Virus record (IMG/VR): IMGVR_UViG_3300045988_028961
Length of the DNA: 49,651 bases
Origin: a virus
Reading direction: 5' to 3' (one strand)
A model generated the notes under the pieces. That model saw only the letters and a program-made list of their open reading frames with translations, made no database searches and had not been told where the DNA came from. Below are positions 41,172 through 49,651 of the stretch, in pieces; position 1 is the first letter of the stretch; every line of letters begins with the position of its first letter. The translations under genes were made by a program, and so were the position numbers.

Positions 41172-41801
41172 ATGAAGCAGACAACAAAAGAAGTCGTAAT
41201 TCCGGCGATTGATTTTCGCCACGCAACAATCAAGATAGTGGGCGATTCCCCTCTTATTGTTCACAAGTGGAGCGAGAAAGCGAAAAAGGAAATCCTTGAC
41301 AAGCAGATGAAAAAGGCCAAGACAAAAGGCCATGACGCAAAAGACCCGGTGCGTGACTTTATTGACAGCCTTTATTGGTTGGACGGTGAGCCGAAAGAAA
41401 AGACTCCGGAGGGCTTTGCAAAAGCCCTCTCGTCTGGCGCCCGGTTTGGTTTTCCCGCTAAGGCATTTAAGGCGGCGGCGGTTGACGCGGGATATCGTTC
41501 CGGCATAACGAAGGACAAGGCTTCCACAAGAAGTGCATTTCACGTTACTGGTGAGTTTGTGGAAATCGCTGGAACGCCAACCATGCGAGAGGATATGGTG
41601 CGCGTTGGCATGGGGACGGCGGATATTCGCTACCGCGGCGAGTTTCCCGAGTGGTCTGTTGTGCTGCCGATAAAGTATAACGCAGCTGCAATCACCCTTG
41701 AGCAGATCATCAACTTAATCAACTTTGGTGGCTTTGCTTGCGGCGTAGGTGAATGGCGCGCGGAAAAAGACGGAACGTTTGGGCTGTTCCACGTTGAATG
41801 A
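41172..41801 (+). CDS. hypothetical early protein (209 aa)
   Basis: RBS AAAGGAGAATG... Good coding character. Family not recognised. Confidence 0.6.
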   Translation: MKQTTKEVVIPAIDFRHATIKIVGDSPLIVHKWSEKAKKEILDKQMKKAKTKGHDAKDPVRDFIDSLYWLDGEPKEKTPEGFAKALSSGARFGFPAKAFKAAAVDAGYRSGITKDKASTRSAFHVTGEFVEIAGTPTMREDMVRVGMGTADIRYRGEFPEWSVVLPIKYNAAAITLEQIINLINFGGFACGVGEWRAEKDGTFGLFHVE

Positions 41802-41810
41802 TCCACACTT

Positions 41811-42024
41811 GGCAGGCAAGGCCAGGCGAGACGAGGCCCGGCGAGGCCCGGCGAGGCCCGGCAGGGCGAGACAGGGCGTGGCAAGGCGGGGCTTGGCATG
41901 GCAGGCGGGGCAGGGCTAGGTCAGGCGGGGCGCGGCATGTCAAGGATCGGCGTGGCAGGCAAGGCTTGGTATGGTATGGCGAGCCGGGGCGGGGCGCGGC
42001 GAGGCTAGGCCAGGTTTGGCAGGT
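41811..42024 (+). repeat. About 43 tandem copies of a degenerate pentanucleotide GGCNN (strand-asymmetric, G-rich)
   Basis: ggcag gcaag gccag gcgag acgag gcccg gcgag gcccg gcgag gcccg gcagg ... The 5-nt register holds for ~215 nt with one phase slip. A period of 5 is incompatible with codon-level selection. Confidence 0.8.
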
Positions 42025-42039
42025 AAGGAGGTGAAAAAT

Positions 42040-42483
42040 TTGGTTTATGATTGGGTCGTTCCCAGTTTGTATCCGGTCAGCGCAAAAGACGCGATGGAGG
42101 ACTTGCAGCGCATTTATTCAAAACACGGTCGGATCGATGCAACCGATGTTGTCGACGAAAGCAGAGCGGAAAACGCCGTGCTGCACAACTGCTTTGAATG
42201 GAACGATGAAATCGCGGCCGAAAAGTACCGCAAGACGCAGGCGGAGGACATTATCCGGGCTATCGTTGTTGTAAATGATGAACAAAAAGAGCCGGTTAAA
42301 GTTCGCGCTATCGTCCATGTGCAGTCATCTTATCAGCCGATTTCCGTTGTGGTCAACGACACGGACAAGATGTCTGAGCTTCTGGCGTCTGCTTTACGGG
42401 AACTGCAAGCGTTCAGGCGAAAGTATGAATCGCTTGCAAGCTTGAAGCCGGTTATGGACGCGATTGAAGCGGTGTCGGCATAA
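42040..42483 (+). CDS. hypothetical early protein (147 aa)
   Basis: TTG start 8 nt after AAGGAGG (GTG 42031 is an alternative). ...HNCFEWNDEIAAEKYRKTQAEDIIRAI motif seen in phage proteins. Confidence 0.5.
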   Translation: MVYDWVVPSLYPVSAKDAMEDLQRIYSKHGRIDATDVVDESRAENAVLHNCFEWNDEIAAEKYRKTQAEDIIRAIVVVNDEQKEPVKVRAIVHVQSSYQPISVVVNDTDKMSELLASALRELQAFRRKYESLASLKPVMDAIEAVSA

Positions 42484-42590
42484 TGGAGAAGCCCTGCCCG
42501 GTGTAGCAGACCGAGCAGGGCGAGAGAATGGAAACACAATCCCTTGTGTTTAGGACATTGTAACACAGAGCCGGAGGAAAGGCAAGAGAT

Positions 42591-42791
42591 ATGATCGAAA
42601 CAATGAGTTTAAATCAGGCGGTGGAGTATCTGCGGGGCCACGGCTTCCGGATCGGGAACGTGGTGTTGGCCAACGGCCTGGAGCAAGGCAAGTTCGAGTT
42701 CGGTTTCTGCATCGTCAGCGATCAGGGCAGACGGTCGTTCCAGATCTTTCGGGCGCTGCTGGACAAATGGATCGAAGAAAGGACGGTGTAA
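42591..42791 (+). CDS. Small DNA-binding protein, possible excisionase-like
   Basis: 66 aa. LNQAVEYL...FRALLDKWIEE resembles small MerR/Xis-type HTH proteins. Tentative. Confidence 0.4.
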   Translation: MIETMSLNQAVEYLRGHGFRIGNVVLANGLEQGKFEFGFCIVSDQGRRSFQIFRALLDKWIEERTV

Positions 42792-42793
42792 AC

Positions 42794-42883
42794 ATGATCG
42801 CGTACATTATGATCATCATCGGAGCGCTGACGGTCTCGGTGCAGTTCATGCACCTGATCGACCGGCTGGAGGGGCGCAAGTGA
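42794..42883 (+). CDS. Very small hydrophobic peptide (29 aa; not in the supplied ORF track)
   Basis: Reads MIAYIMIIIGALTVSVQFMHLIDRLEGRK*. GTGA overlap with the next gene. Confidence 0.3.
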   Translation: MIAYIMIIIGALTVSVQFMHLIDRLEGRK

Positions 42884-43197
42884 GCGCCGCAAGAAAAGCC
42901 TATCAAAGGGCGTACTACGAGACCAACAAGCCGCGTTTTGTCGAGTACCGCAAGGCAAATTCCGGGAAGCTTGCCCGATATTCCAGTGACTACTACCGGA
43001 AGAATCAGCTTCGGTATGCTGATGGACAGCGGTTTTTGAAGGAAGCCCGTATGCGCATGGGCTGGTCACAGGCCGCCGTGGCTGCGGACGTTGGCGTAAG
43101 TCAGGTGACGATCTCGCGGTTGGAGACCGGTGCGCTGCCGCTGGAGACCTTCCGAAAGCGGGACAAGCTGCTGGAGGTACTGGGGGTGGAGGTATGA
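42880..43197 (+). CDS. HTH (XRE-like) protein
   Basis: The C-terminal MGWSQAAVAADVGVSQVTISRLETG is an HTH. Confidence 0.55.
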   Translation: MSAARKAYQRAYYETNKPRFVEYRKANSGKLARYSSDYYRKNQLRYADGQRFLKEARMRMGWSQAAVAADVGVSQVTISRLETGALPLETFRKRDKLLEVLGVEV

Positions 43198-43433
43198 GCG
43201 TGATGATGGAGCACCATGTGACGATCCCGTGTCCCTGTACCACAGATTGCCCCGACCGGCGGGCGCTGTGCTTCGCCGTTTGTAGGCCATATCTGGAATA
43301 CGAGAAATCCCGCAACGCCGGATATGAGGTGCGCAAGAAGTGCAAGCGCGAATCAGATGATGCATACGCCGGTATCAAGAAAGCAACAGACCGGGCAAGA
43401 CGCGCAAAGCTTGCCCACGGAAGAAGGAGATAA
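43194..43433 (+). CDS. hypothetical Cys-rich small protein
   Basis: CPCTTDCPDRRALCFAVC motif. Coupled to neighbouring genes. Confidence 0.45.
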   Translation: MSVMMEHHVTIPCPCTTDCPDRRALCFAVCRPYLEYEKSRNAGYEVRKKCKRESDDAYAGIKKATDRARRAKLAHGRRR

Positions 43434-43434
43434 G

Positions 43435-43803
43435 ATGTACCGATGCAATGAGACGGGGCGGGAGTTCGAGAAGCCCATCTATGACCGGGATTTCTGGAAC
43501 GAGAATGATGGGGCGTATGTCTGCCCCTGCTGCGGCGACACCCATTATGACGAGGTGTTTGAGTGCGACATCTGCCGCGCCCATGTGTCGTGGGACGAGG
43601 GCCACGTCGGCAGCCGATATGACAAGAGTTTCCTGTGCCCGGCCTGCCGCGCCATTGCCATCGTCAACCTGTTTGAAAAGGGCGCCCGGGAGCTGGGCAC
43701 CACGGAAGAAGCTTGGTTGGATGACGTGATGGATGGCAACAGCTGGGCGGATTTGAAAGAAATTTATGAGGAGGCCAAAGAACATGGCACTGTTACCCTT
43801 TGA
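43435..43803 (+). CDS. hypothetical zinc-ribbon protein
   Basis: RBS GAAGGAGA. CPCCG...CDIC...CPAC. Confidence 0.5.
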   Translation: MYRCNETGREFEKPIYDRDFWNENDGAYVCPCCGDTHYDEVFECDICRAHVSWDEGHVGSRYDKSFLCPACRAIAIVNLFEKGARELGTTEEAWLDDVMDGNSWADLKEIYEEAKEHGTVTL

Positions 43804-44434
43804 AGAACTGATCAAGATCGATGTGCGGCCTTTCTGCGAGACGCGGAAGGCCAAGGACGACAACGGCAACGTGGTGGACGTGCCCTATCTGAACTGGGCC
43901 AAGTGCGTGAAGCTGCTGCACGAGAACGGCGCAAAGGACGTATGGTTCACGCCCCGTATCTGCCCGGAGACGAAAACCTATCTGTGGCCCCAGGCGGATG
44001 TGACCACCCGGAAGGGCTACAAGACGCAATGCTGGTTCGTCAGCGTAGATATCCATATTGACGAGCTGGTGTTCAACATGGACACGCCGCTGCTGAACGG
44101 GGCGCTGGTGGTCTATGAGGACACGCTGAACCAGCTGCGCATTTCCAATGCGCAGGCCCGCGCTTTTGTGAAGGGCGTGGCGCTGCGGACGGGGCTGGGC
44201 TTTGACCTGTGGGCCGAGAGCGGCGACGGGGACGACGGCGAGGATGATCTGAGCCGCCACAGCATCTGGGCCATTCGGGAGCGGCTGGAGCGGGCCATTA
44301 CCGCCAAGGAAAAGGCGGGACTGGATCACAAAGACCTGCTGGCCGCCCTGCGGATCAACGACAAGCAGCTGAACCAGCTGATGGGCTACTTCGCTAAGCT
44401 GGACATCCTGGAGAGAGCGGTGAACAAGCTGTGA
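43784..44434 (+). CDS. RAD52/Sak-like single-strand annealing protein
   Basis: The N-terminal ...VDVPYLNWAKCVKLLHENG... pattern is typical of the DUF1071/Sak family. Followed by an exonuclease gene. Confidence 0.65.
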   Translation: MALLPFEELIKIDVRPFCETRKAKDDNGNVVDVPYLNWAKCVKLLHENGAKDVWFTPRICPETKTYLWPQADVTTRKGYKTQCWFVSVDIHIDELVFNMDTPLLNGALVVYEDTLNQLRISNAQARAFVKGVALRTGLGFDLWAESGDGDDGEDDLSRHSIWAIRERLERAITAKEKAGLDHKDLLAALRINDKQLNQLMGYFAKLDILERAVNKL

Positions 44435-45015
44435 TCCACGATCAGGACAGGAGCGGGTGGTTCGGGGCATCGGACACGGCCACCATCATGGGATCGTGGG
44501 AGACGGAGACATTCCGGAAGTGGTGGGCGGTGAAGCTTGGCATCCGGCAGGATCACTACACCAACGCCGCCATGCAGGCGGGGACGGCCTACGAGCACAA
44601 GATCCTGGACGCGCTGGGGGTAAAGACCCGCGACCGGCAGATCCGGATATACGACCTGCGGCTGCGGGTGAACTACGACGGGGACGACGCCCAGACCATT
44701 ACGGAGGTCAAGACCTACAGCAAGGCCCCCTTCAAGGTGAGCCGGGCCTACTGGATGCAGTGCCAGGTGGAGATGTTTGCCAGCGGGTGGGGCCTGCGGC
44801 GGCGGAAGATGTGCCGGATCGCGGCCTATCAGATCGGCGAGGCGGAGAAGCAGAACTTCTTTTTGACCGTCGACCCCGGCAGGATCAGCCTGTGGCCCGT
44901 GGAGTACGATGAGACGTGGGTGGAGGAGAAGTACCTGCCCCGCCTGCGGTATCTGGCAACGTGCCTGAAAACAGGCCGGTGGCCCCGAAAGGAGGAGGCG
45001 CCATGCAGCAGGTGA
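44431..45015 (+). CDS. YqaJ-like recombination exonuclease (PD-(D/E)XK)
   Basis: GWFGASDTATIMG...GTAYEHKILD...ITEVKT are motifs typical of YqaJ / lambda-Exo-like nucleases. Confidence 0.7.
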   Translation: MIHDQDRSGWFGASDTATIMGSWETETFRKWWAVKLGIRQDHYTNAAMQAGTAYEHKILDALGVKTRDRQIRIYDLRLRVNYDGDDAQTITEVKTYSKAPFKVSRAYWMQCQVEMFASGWGLRRRKMCRIAAYQIGEAEKQNFFLTVDPGRISLWPVEYDETWVEEKYLPRLRYLATCLKTGRWPRKEEAPCSR

Positions 45016-45548
45016 CGGTGGACGCTGCCCGGTGGCTGCGGGACGGTGACGGGTCGTGGCTGGCCTTCCGGGTAGGCAGCGACAAGACGGCTATGGACGT
45101 GTGCGACAGCCTGAAAGCCGGGAAGGAATACAACCTGACGTTGAAGCGCAAGGGCCGCAGTCTGGACGCCAACGCCTATTTCTGGGTGCTGGTGAACCGG
45201 CTGGCGGACAAGCTGAAGATCGAGCCGGAGGGCATCTACCGGGCCTATATCCCGGATATCGGCGGCGGCTATGAGGTGGTGCCGGTGCGGGAGGATCGCA
45301 TTGACGCATGGGAAAAGATTTGGTGCAGCGGTCACATCGGCAGGATGATCGAGGACATGGGGCCGTGCCGCAACATCAAGGGCTATCACAATGTACGGTC
45401 GTACATATCTTCCAGCGATTACGACACGGCTCAGATGTCCCAACTCATTGAGCTGGTGGTGGTGGACTGCAAGGAGAACGGCATTGAGACCATGACGCCC
45501 AGAGAGCTTGATGCTCTGGTGTCCCGTTGGGGCGAGGTGAGCGTATGA
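45003..45548 (+). CDS. NinB/Orf-like recombination mediator
   Basis: KRKGRSLDANAYFWVLV parallels the RSLDQNxxxW motif of lambda NinB. Confidence 0.55.
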   Translation: MQQVTVDAARWLRDGDGSWLAFRVGSDKTAMDVCDSLKAGKEYNLTLKRKGRSLDANAYFWVLVNRLADKLKIEPEGIYRAYIPDIGGGYEVVPVREDRIDAWEKIWCSGHIGRMIEDMGPCRNIKGYHNVRSYISSSDYDTAQMSQLIELVVVDCKENGIETMTPRELDALVSRWGEVSV

Positions 45549-46117
45549 GTACGCGCCGAAAATACCGCTACAAGGGCGAAGAGAAGTATTTGCCCGAGTG
45601 GGCCACCATCTACGGCATGGGCATTACCACGCTGCGCAAACGGCTTTCTGCCGGATGGTCGCTGCATGATGCGCTGACAACGCCAACACGGGAAAGGGCA
45701 AAGAATCTTCCATCTCGTAAAGCAAACCATGTGGGAGAAAGGCACGGCATGTTGAAGGTCGTTTCCTTTGCCGGGCGGAACGCCAGTGGGGAACTGACAT
45801 GGAAGTGCGAATGCAAGTGCGGCGGAACGCGCATTGCCACAACACGGATGCTGCGATACGTCACGCACTGCGGATGCCAGCGAAAAGGCAGAAGCAGGCG
45901 CAAGGGCGACGAACCTACACACGATCAACCGTGCTGGACGTGCAAGAACTATGTCGACGGGTGCAGCTGGTCGCGGAAAGAACACCTTCCCGTCGATGGG
46001 TGGGACGCTACGCCGACCACCAAATATCAAGGCTATACACGTCGCGGAGAGTTGCTGTCTTATGCCATCCACTATTGCCCGGAATACGTTTCGGACGGAA
46101 CGGAGGGGAGATTGTGA
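45545..46117 (+). CDS. hypothetical DNA-binding / Cys-rich protein
   Basis: ATGA coupling. N-terminal HTH-like ITTLRKRLSAGWSLHDAL, then several Cys clusters. Confidence 0.45.
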   Translation: MSTRRKYRYKGEEKYLPEWATIYGMGITTLRKRLSAGWSLHDALTTPTRERAKNLPSRKANHVGERHGMLKVVSFAGRNASGELTWKCECKCGGTRIATTRMLRYVTHCGCQRKGRSRRKGDEPTHDQPCWTCKNYVDGCSWSRKEHLPVDGWDATPTTKYQGYTRRGELLSYAIHYCPEYVSDGTEGRL

Positions 46118-46395
46118 TGGAAGAAAAAAGATGCTTTCTTTGCGGCAGGAATGATCCGTCAGACCCATTGGAGCACCATCACATATTTGGTTCCGCGTGC
46201 CGCAAGAAGAGCGAGAAATACGGACTCGTGGTCTATCTCTGCGGCAACAGGTGCCACCGGAACGGAAGGGGAGCTGTACACCGCAACGGAGACCAGATGC
46301 GCCGCCTGCGACGCTATGGGCAGCTTAAAGCCATGCAGGAACAGGGCTGGACAGAAGATGATTTCCGGCGAGAGTTCGGGAAATCGTACTTATAG
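46117..46395 (+). CDS. hypothetical zinc-binding protein (92 aa)
   Basis: CFLCG...EHHHIFG...LCGNRCH pattern. Confidence 0.5.
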   Translation: MEEKRCFLCGRNDPSDPLEHHHIFGSACRKKSEKYGLVVYLCGNRCHRNGRGAVHRNGDQMRRLRRYGQLKAMQEQGWTEDDFRREFGKSYL

Positions 46396-46403
46396 GAGGG
46401 CTT

Positions 46404-46622
46404 ATGACACAGTGTGAAAGAATCCTGGAATACATGGAAACGGTAGGCCCCATTACACAACTGGATGCCGCCCGCGAGTTTGGCTGCTACCGGCTTGGTG
46501 CGAGGATTTGGGACTTACGCCACGCAGGACATGCCATCAGCAAGCGGACGGTGACGAATAAGAACCGATACGGCGAGAACGTGAGTTTCGCCGAATATAG
46601 ACTGGAGGAGAAAAAATGCTGA
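46404..46622 (+). CDS. Winged-helix DNA-binding protein
   Basis: ILEYMETVGPITQLDAAREFGCYRLGARIWDLR pattern. Confidence 0.55.
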   Translation: MTQCERILEYMETVGPITQLDAAREFGCYRLGARIWDLRHAGHAISKRTVTNKNRYGENVSFAEYRLEEKKC

Positions 46623-47032
46623 ACAAGATTTTCATTATGGGCCGGTTGACCAAGAACCCGGAGCTTCGTCGCACAAACAGCGGCGCGGCGGTTACCAGCT
46701 TCACGCTGGCCGTTGACCGCGATTTTAAGAACGCGGATGGCACGAAGGAGACAGACTTCATTGATTGCGTCGCGTGGCGATCCACGGCGGAGTTCGCGGC
46801 GAAGTACTTCACGAAGGGCCGTATGGCCGTTGTAGAGGGCAAGCTTCAGATCCGCGACTGGACGGACAAGGACGGCAACAAGCGCCGCAATGCGGAGGTC
46901 ATTGCTGACAACCTGTACTTTGGCGACAGCCGCAGCGACAACGGCGGACATCAGGCGGCGAAAGCGCCGGTCAGCGTGGACGCGGAGGACTTCGACGAGG
47001 TCGAGGACGATGATAGCGACCTTCCGTTCTGA
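46616..47032 (+). CDS. ssb: Single-stranded DNA-binding protein
   Basis: MLNKIFIMGRLTKNPELR... OB fold. Acidic tail ending DDDSDLPF. Confidence 0.9.
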   Translation: MLNKIFIMGRLTKNPELRRTNSGAAVTSFTLAVDRDFKNADGTKETDFIDCVAWRSTAEFAAKYFTKGRMAVVEGKLQIRDWTDKDGNKRRNAEVIADNLYFGDSRSDNGGHQAAKAPVSVDAEDFDEVEDDDSDLPF

Positions 47033-47040
47033 GGTAAGTC

Positions 47041-47841
47041 ATGGCAAAGAGCGGGATCGACTACTTTCCGCTTGATGTCGCATTGGATGCAAAGTTTGAA
47101 CTGATAGAGGCAGAATTTGGCTTGACAGGATTTGGTGTAGTCGTTCACTTGCTGCAAGAGATTTACGGCAAGGCGGGTTACTACATTGAATGGACAGAGG
47201 AGGTTGCGCTTTTGTTTGCCCGCAAGGTCGGGTTGGGTGGGAGCGTCGTTTCCGAAATAATAGAGGCTTCTATCAGACGAGGGATGTTCGACAAAGAGAA
47301 ATATGACAAGTACCATGTGCTGACCTCAAAAGGGGTGCAGAAAAGGTACTTCGAGGCAGTCAGCCGCCGTAAAGTTCTCAGCGTCGATTACAACATCCTT
47401 CTGGTTAATGTCACCAAAATTTGCCCCAATGTCAACATTCAGGCCGAAAATGTAAACAGTTTTTCAAAAAATGCTGACATCGAAAAACAAAGTAAAGTAG
47501 AGAAGAGTAGAGTAGAGGAGAGTAAAGAAGATATATGCGCGGAGCCGCAAGCGGCATCCACGCCGCCCGTCGCCAATCTGATTCTCAATGACGGAACGAC
47601 ATATACCGTTCAGGAGGCGGATGCGGTTCAATGGGAAAAGTTGTATCCCAACGTCAACGTGCGGCAACAACTCCGGAACATGGTAGGCTGGTGTGATTCC
47701 AATCCGGCGAAGCGCAAGACGCGCGGCGGCATTAAGAGGTTTATCACTTCGTGGCTTGCCAGAGAACAGGATCGCGGCGGAAAAGCACAGCAAAATAAGC
47801 CGTTTACCTATGACTACGGCAGTACGGAGGACAGCTTATGA
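47041..47841 (+). CDS. Replisome organiser (DUF4373 / DnaD-like N-terminal domain)
   Basis: IDYFPLDVALDAKFELIEAEFGLTGFGVVVHLLQEIY is the Lin1244-type N-terminal signature. Precedes the helicase loader. Confidence 0.7.
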   Translation: MAKSGIDYFPLDVALDAKFELIEAEFGLTGFGVVVHLLQEIYGKAGYYIEWTEEVALLFARKVGLGGSVVSEIIEASIRRGMFDKEKYDKYHVLTSKGVQKRYFEAVSRRKVLSVDYNILLVNVTKICPNVNIQAENVNSFSKNADIEKQSKVEKSRVEESKEDICAEPQAASTPPVANLILNDGTTYTVQEADAVQWEKLYPNVNVRQQLRNMVGWCDSNPAKRKTRGGIKRFITSWLAREQDRGGKAQQNKPFTYDYGSTEDSL

Positions 47842-48665
47842 ACGCAGATTTCATCATCGACAGCATTGCGCAGAATGTTGCGCAGGACTGTGACGTTCTG
47901 GACTACGAGAAGGATGGCCTGATGTATTGCGGTCATTGCGACACGCCAAAACAGTGCCGTATCGACATCGCCGGGAAGGTGCGGATCGTCAAGTGCCAGT
48001 GCGCTTGCGCGGCCAGAAAGTACGAGGCGGAGAAAAAGGCGCGTCAGGATCAGGAAATGCGCTTGCGCATCGAAACGCTTCGGGCGGACGGTATCCGCGA
48101 CAAGAGCCTTGCGGGCTGCCGGTTTGACGGTGCCACTATGACGGACGAGCTTGCCAAGTGCAAGCGATATGCCGACCGGTGGGACGAAATGGCGCAGAGC
48201 AACAGCGGCTTGCTTCTGTGGGGCAATACGGGCAACGGAAAGACCTTCGCGGCGGCCTGCATCGCAAACCAGCTGATCGACCGTGGGATTCCGGTTATGA
48301 TCACAAGCTTTCCGCGCATTCTGAACGCCGGATATGACAAGCAGGACATTGTTGACCAGATGCGCTATTATCCCCTGCTTGTCATTGACGATCTGGGCGC
48401 GGAGCGGAGCAGCGATTACGCGCTGGAAACGGTGTACATGGTCATTGACGAGCGCTACAAAGCCAAGAAGCCGCTGATCGTGACCACCAACCTGACGCTG
48501 GACGAAATCTGCAAGCCGAAGAACATGGCCTATCAGCGTATCTATGACCGTGTGCTGGAAATGTGCGCACCGCTGGTGTTTCGCGGAGACAGCGTCCGGC
48601 GCGGCAAGGCAAAGGAACAGCTCAGTTTCGTCAAGTCGATTTTGGAGGGTAGCCATGACATTTGA
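47838..48665 (+). CDS. DnaC/IstB-like AAA+ helicase loader
   Basis: Walker A LLLWGNTGNGKTF and Walker B LLVIDDLGAE. Confidence 0.85.
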   Translation: MNADFIIDSIAQNVAQDCDVLDYEKDGLMYCGHCDTPKQCRIDIAGKVRIVKCQCACAARKYEAEKKARQDQEMRLRIETLRADGIRDKSLAGCRFDGATMTDELAKCKRYADRWDEMAQSNSGLLLWGNTGNGKTFAAACIANQLIDRGIPVMITSFPRILNAGYDKQDIVDQMRYYPLLVIDDLGAERSSDYALETVYMVIDERYKAKKPLIVTTNLTLDEICKPKNMAYQRIYDRVLEMCAPLVFRGDSVRRGKAKEQLSFVKSILEGSHDI

Positions 48666-48891
48666 CCAAGCCAACCAGATACATACCAAGCGCCTTTGCC
48701 CCGTGTGCATCGGGGAGCTGGAGAAGGACAACAACATCGTTCAGCCCACGCGGGAACAGCGCTTTGACCCGTCAAAAGACCGATGGGAGCCTGGTGTCTG
48801 CCAGCGCTGCGGGAAACAGCGCAGGCTGACGAAGGAACGGCGGTATATCTTCAACTACGAAGGATTTTGGGAAAGGGGCCTGCATGAGTAA
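48655..48891 (+). CDS. hypothetical zinc-ribbon protein (78 aa)
   Basis: RBS GGAGGG. CPVC...CQRCG. Confidence 0.45.
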   Translation: MTFDQANQIHTKRLCPVCIGELEKDNNIVQPTREQRFDPSKDRWEPGVCQRCGKQRRLTKERRYIFNYEGFWERGLHE

Positions 48892-49252
48892 ATACAAGGC
48901 GAAAAAGGCCACGCGGGGCAACCTGACGTTTGATTCTCAGGCAGAAGCGCGGCGGTATGATGAGCTTCTATTGCTGCTGCGTGCCGGTCAGATCAGGAAC
49001 TTGCAGTTGCAGAAAACATACTGCTTGCAGGAGCCGTTTACTGGGCTTGATGGGAAGCGCGTACTTGGTGTGGACTACAAGGCAGATTTTGACTATGAGC
49101 GCAAAACCGCGCCGGAATGCAACGGGAATACTTACTGGCTCCACGTTACCGAGGACGTCAAGGGGATGCGCACAGACAAGTATTCCGTAAAGGCCAAGAT
49201 GTTTCACGCGAAATACGGCTATGCCATTACGGAAATTTCGGTAAGAAGATAA
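48884..49252 (+). CDS. DUF1064-type endonuclease (resolvase-like)
   Basis: FDSQAEARRYDEL...VDYKADFDY...EDVKG...DKYSVKAKMF pattern. Confidence 0.6.
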   Translation: MSKYKAKKATRGNLTFDSQAEARRYDELLLLLRAGQIRNLQLQKTYCLQEPFTGLDGKRVLGVDYKADFDYERKTAPECNGNTYWLHVTEDVKGMRTDKYSVKAKMFHAKYGYAITEISVRR

Positions 49253-49270
49253 CGATAAGGAGAATGAAAA

Positions 49271-49651
49271 ATGAAAGCTTACAAGGGCTTTGATAAGAAT
49301 TTGCAGTGCCGTGGTTTGCAGTATGAGATCGGCGGAACGCAGGAATTTGACAATGTGAAATTGTGCGAACGAGGCGGGCACGCATGCGAGGCGCCGTTAG
49401 ACGTGTTCAGATATTACGAACCGGGCAAAGGCAGCCGGTATTGTGTCGTGGAGTTGGACGGCGTGAGCGAGGAACGCGGCAACGACAGCAAGCGTGTTGC
49501 CAAGAAGCTTACCGTCGGAGCGGAGATCGGAATTCCCGGTTTGGTAAAGGCGCACATTGAGTATGTCAAGGCGCATACAACGATGGAGCATACTGACCCG
49601 AAAGCAGCCACGGCAGGCAACTTCGGCGCAGCCACGGCAGGCAACTTCGGC
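49271..49651 (+). CDS. N-terminal part of the wrap-around repeat protein (DUF7666-like N-terminal domain); continues at 1..345
   Basis: RBS AAGGAGAATG... before ATG 49271. There is no stop before the window end. MKAYKGFDKNLQCRGLQYEIGG...CERGGHACEAPLDVFRYY is a conserved phage/bacterial N-terminal module as far as I recall. The ATAGNFGA repeats begin at 49607. Confidence 0.75.
   Translation, partial: MKAYKGFDKNLQCRGLQYEIGGTQEFDNVKLCERGGHACEAPLDVFRYYEPGKGSRYCVVELDGVSEERGNDSKRVAKKLTVGAEIGIPGLVKAHIEYVKAHTTMEHTDPKAATAGNFGAATAGNFG

Larger units (their letters stand above)
1..49651. mobile_element. Complete temperate siphovirus-like phage genome, circularly permuted (attP form)
   Basis: Full packaging, head, tail, lysis, lysogeny and replication gene order. 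ORF 49271..49651 has no stop and continues in frame into 1..345. Both ends lie in the same 24-nt repeat array. A tRNA 3' fragment sits next to a tyrosine integrase. Confidence 0.85.

Noticed and set aside
40418-41543. Minus-strand ORFs 40418..40786 (122 aa) and 40689..41543 (284 aa) across the switch and early genes
   Set aside because: They are antisense shadows overlapping the well-supported cro-like and downstream + strand genes. They have no RBS and odd composition.
41798-42034. 78-aa ORF WQARPGETRPGEARRGPAGRDRAWQGG...
   Set aside because: It is a translation of a 5-nt periodic DNA repeat. A period not divisible by 3 rules out codon-level selection, so the region is treated as a non-coding repeat.
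49607-49651. Terminal sequence identity with bases 1-36, considered as a packaging direct terminal repeat
   Set aside because: The match is part of an internal coding 24-nt tandem array and is not anchored at both termini. It is more simply explained by a circular assembly broken inside the repeat.
1-49651. Searched for CRISPR arrays, reverse transcriptase/DGR template-variable repeat pairs, transposases and rRNA genes
   Set aside because: I saw no repeat-spacer periodicity, no RT motif (YxDD context) in any long ORF, no transposase-like ORF, and no rRNA-like segment.

Overview
The window looks like a complete ~49.6-kb temperate siphovirus-type phage genome in circularly permuted (attP or circular-assembly) form. 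An ORF starting at 49271 runs off the right end and continues in frame from base 1, and both ends lie in the same 24-nt tandem repeat. Nearly all genes are on the + strand and tightly packed, with many ATGA/TAATG start-stop overlaps. Order of modules:
- Early accessory and DNA-modification genes: a PAPS-reductase-like protein, a Dam-type methyltransferase broken at a G8 tract, a MazG-like protein and a second methyltransferase.
- A ~0.86-kb ORF-free, helix-rich region containing a tRNA-like element.
- Antirepressor, then terS, terL, portal and a MuF protein with a toxin-like C-terminal extension.
- An orphan promoter-terminator unit, then scaffold, decoration protein and major capsid protein, then connectors.
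- Major tail protein and chaperones, a minus-strand moron with a palindromic operator, then the tape measure, tail tip and fibres (one with a metallophosphoesterase domain).
- Holin and amidase.
- An accessory region: an autoregulated-looking divergent 2-gene module plus a multi-gene cassette of unknown function.
- attP (a tRNA-Lys-like 3' fragment), integrase and an AT-rich minus-strand lysogeny island, then the cro-like switch.
- A 5-nt periodic GGCNN repeat.
- Recombination genes (RAD52-like SSAP, YqaJ-like exonuclease, NinB-like) and replication genes (SSB, replisome organiser, DnaC-like loader).

Product calls rest on motifs I can read in the translations and my memory of protein families. 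No searches were run, so all family names are hypotheses. The best candidates for something new are:
- the large non-coding locus at 4677-5543;
- the unknown cassette at 32550-36350;
- the divergent 2-gene module at 31726-32451;
- the antisense moron inside the tail operon;
- the AT-rich island next to the integrase;
- the GGCNN repeat.
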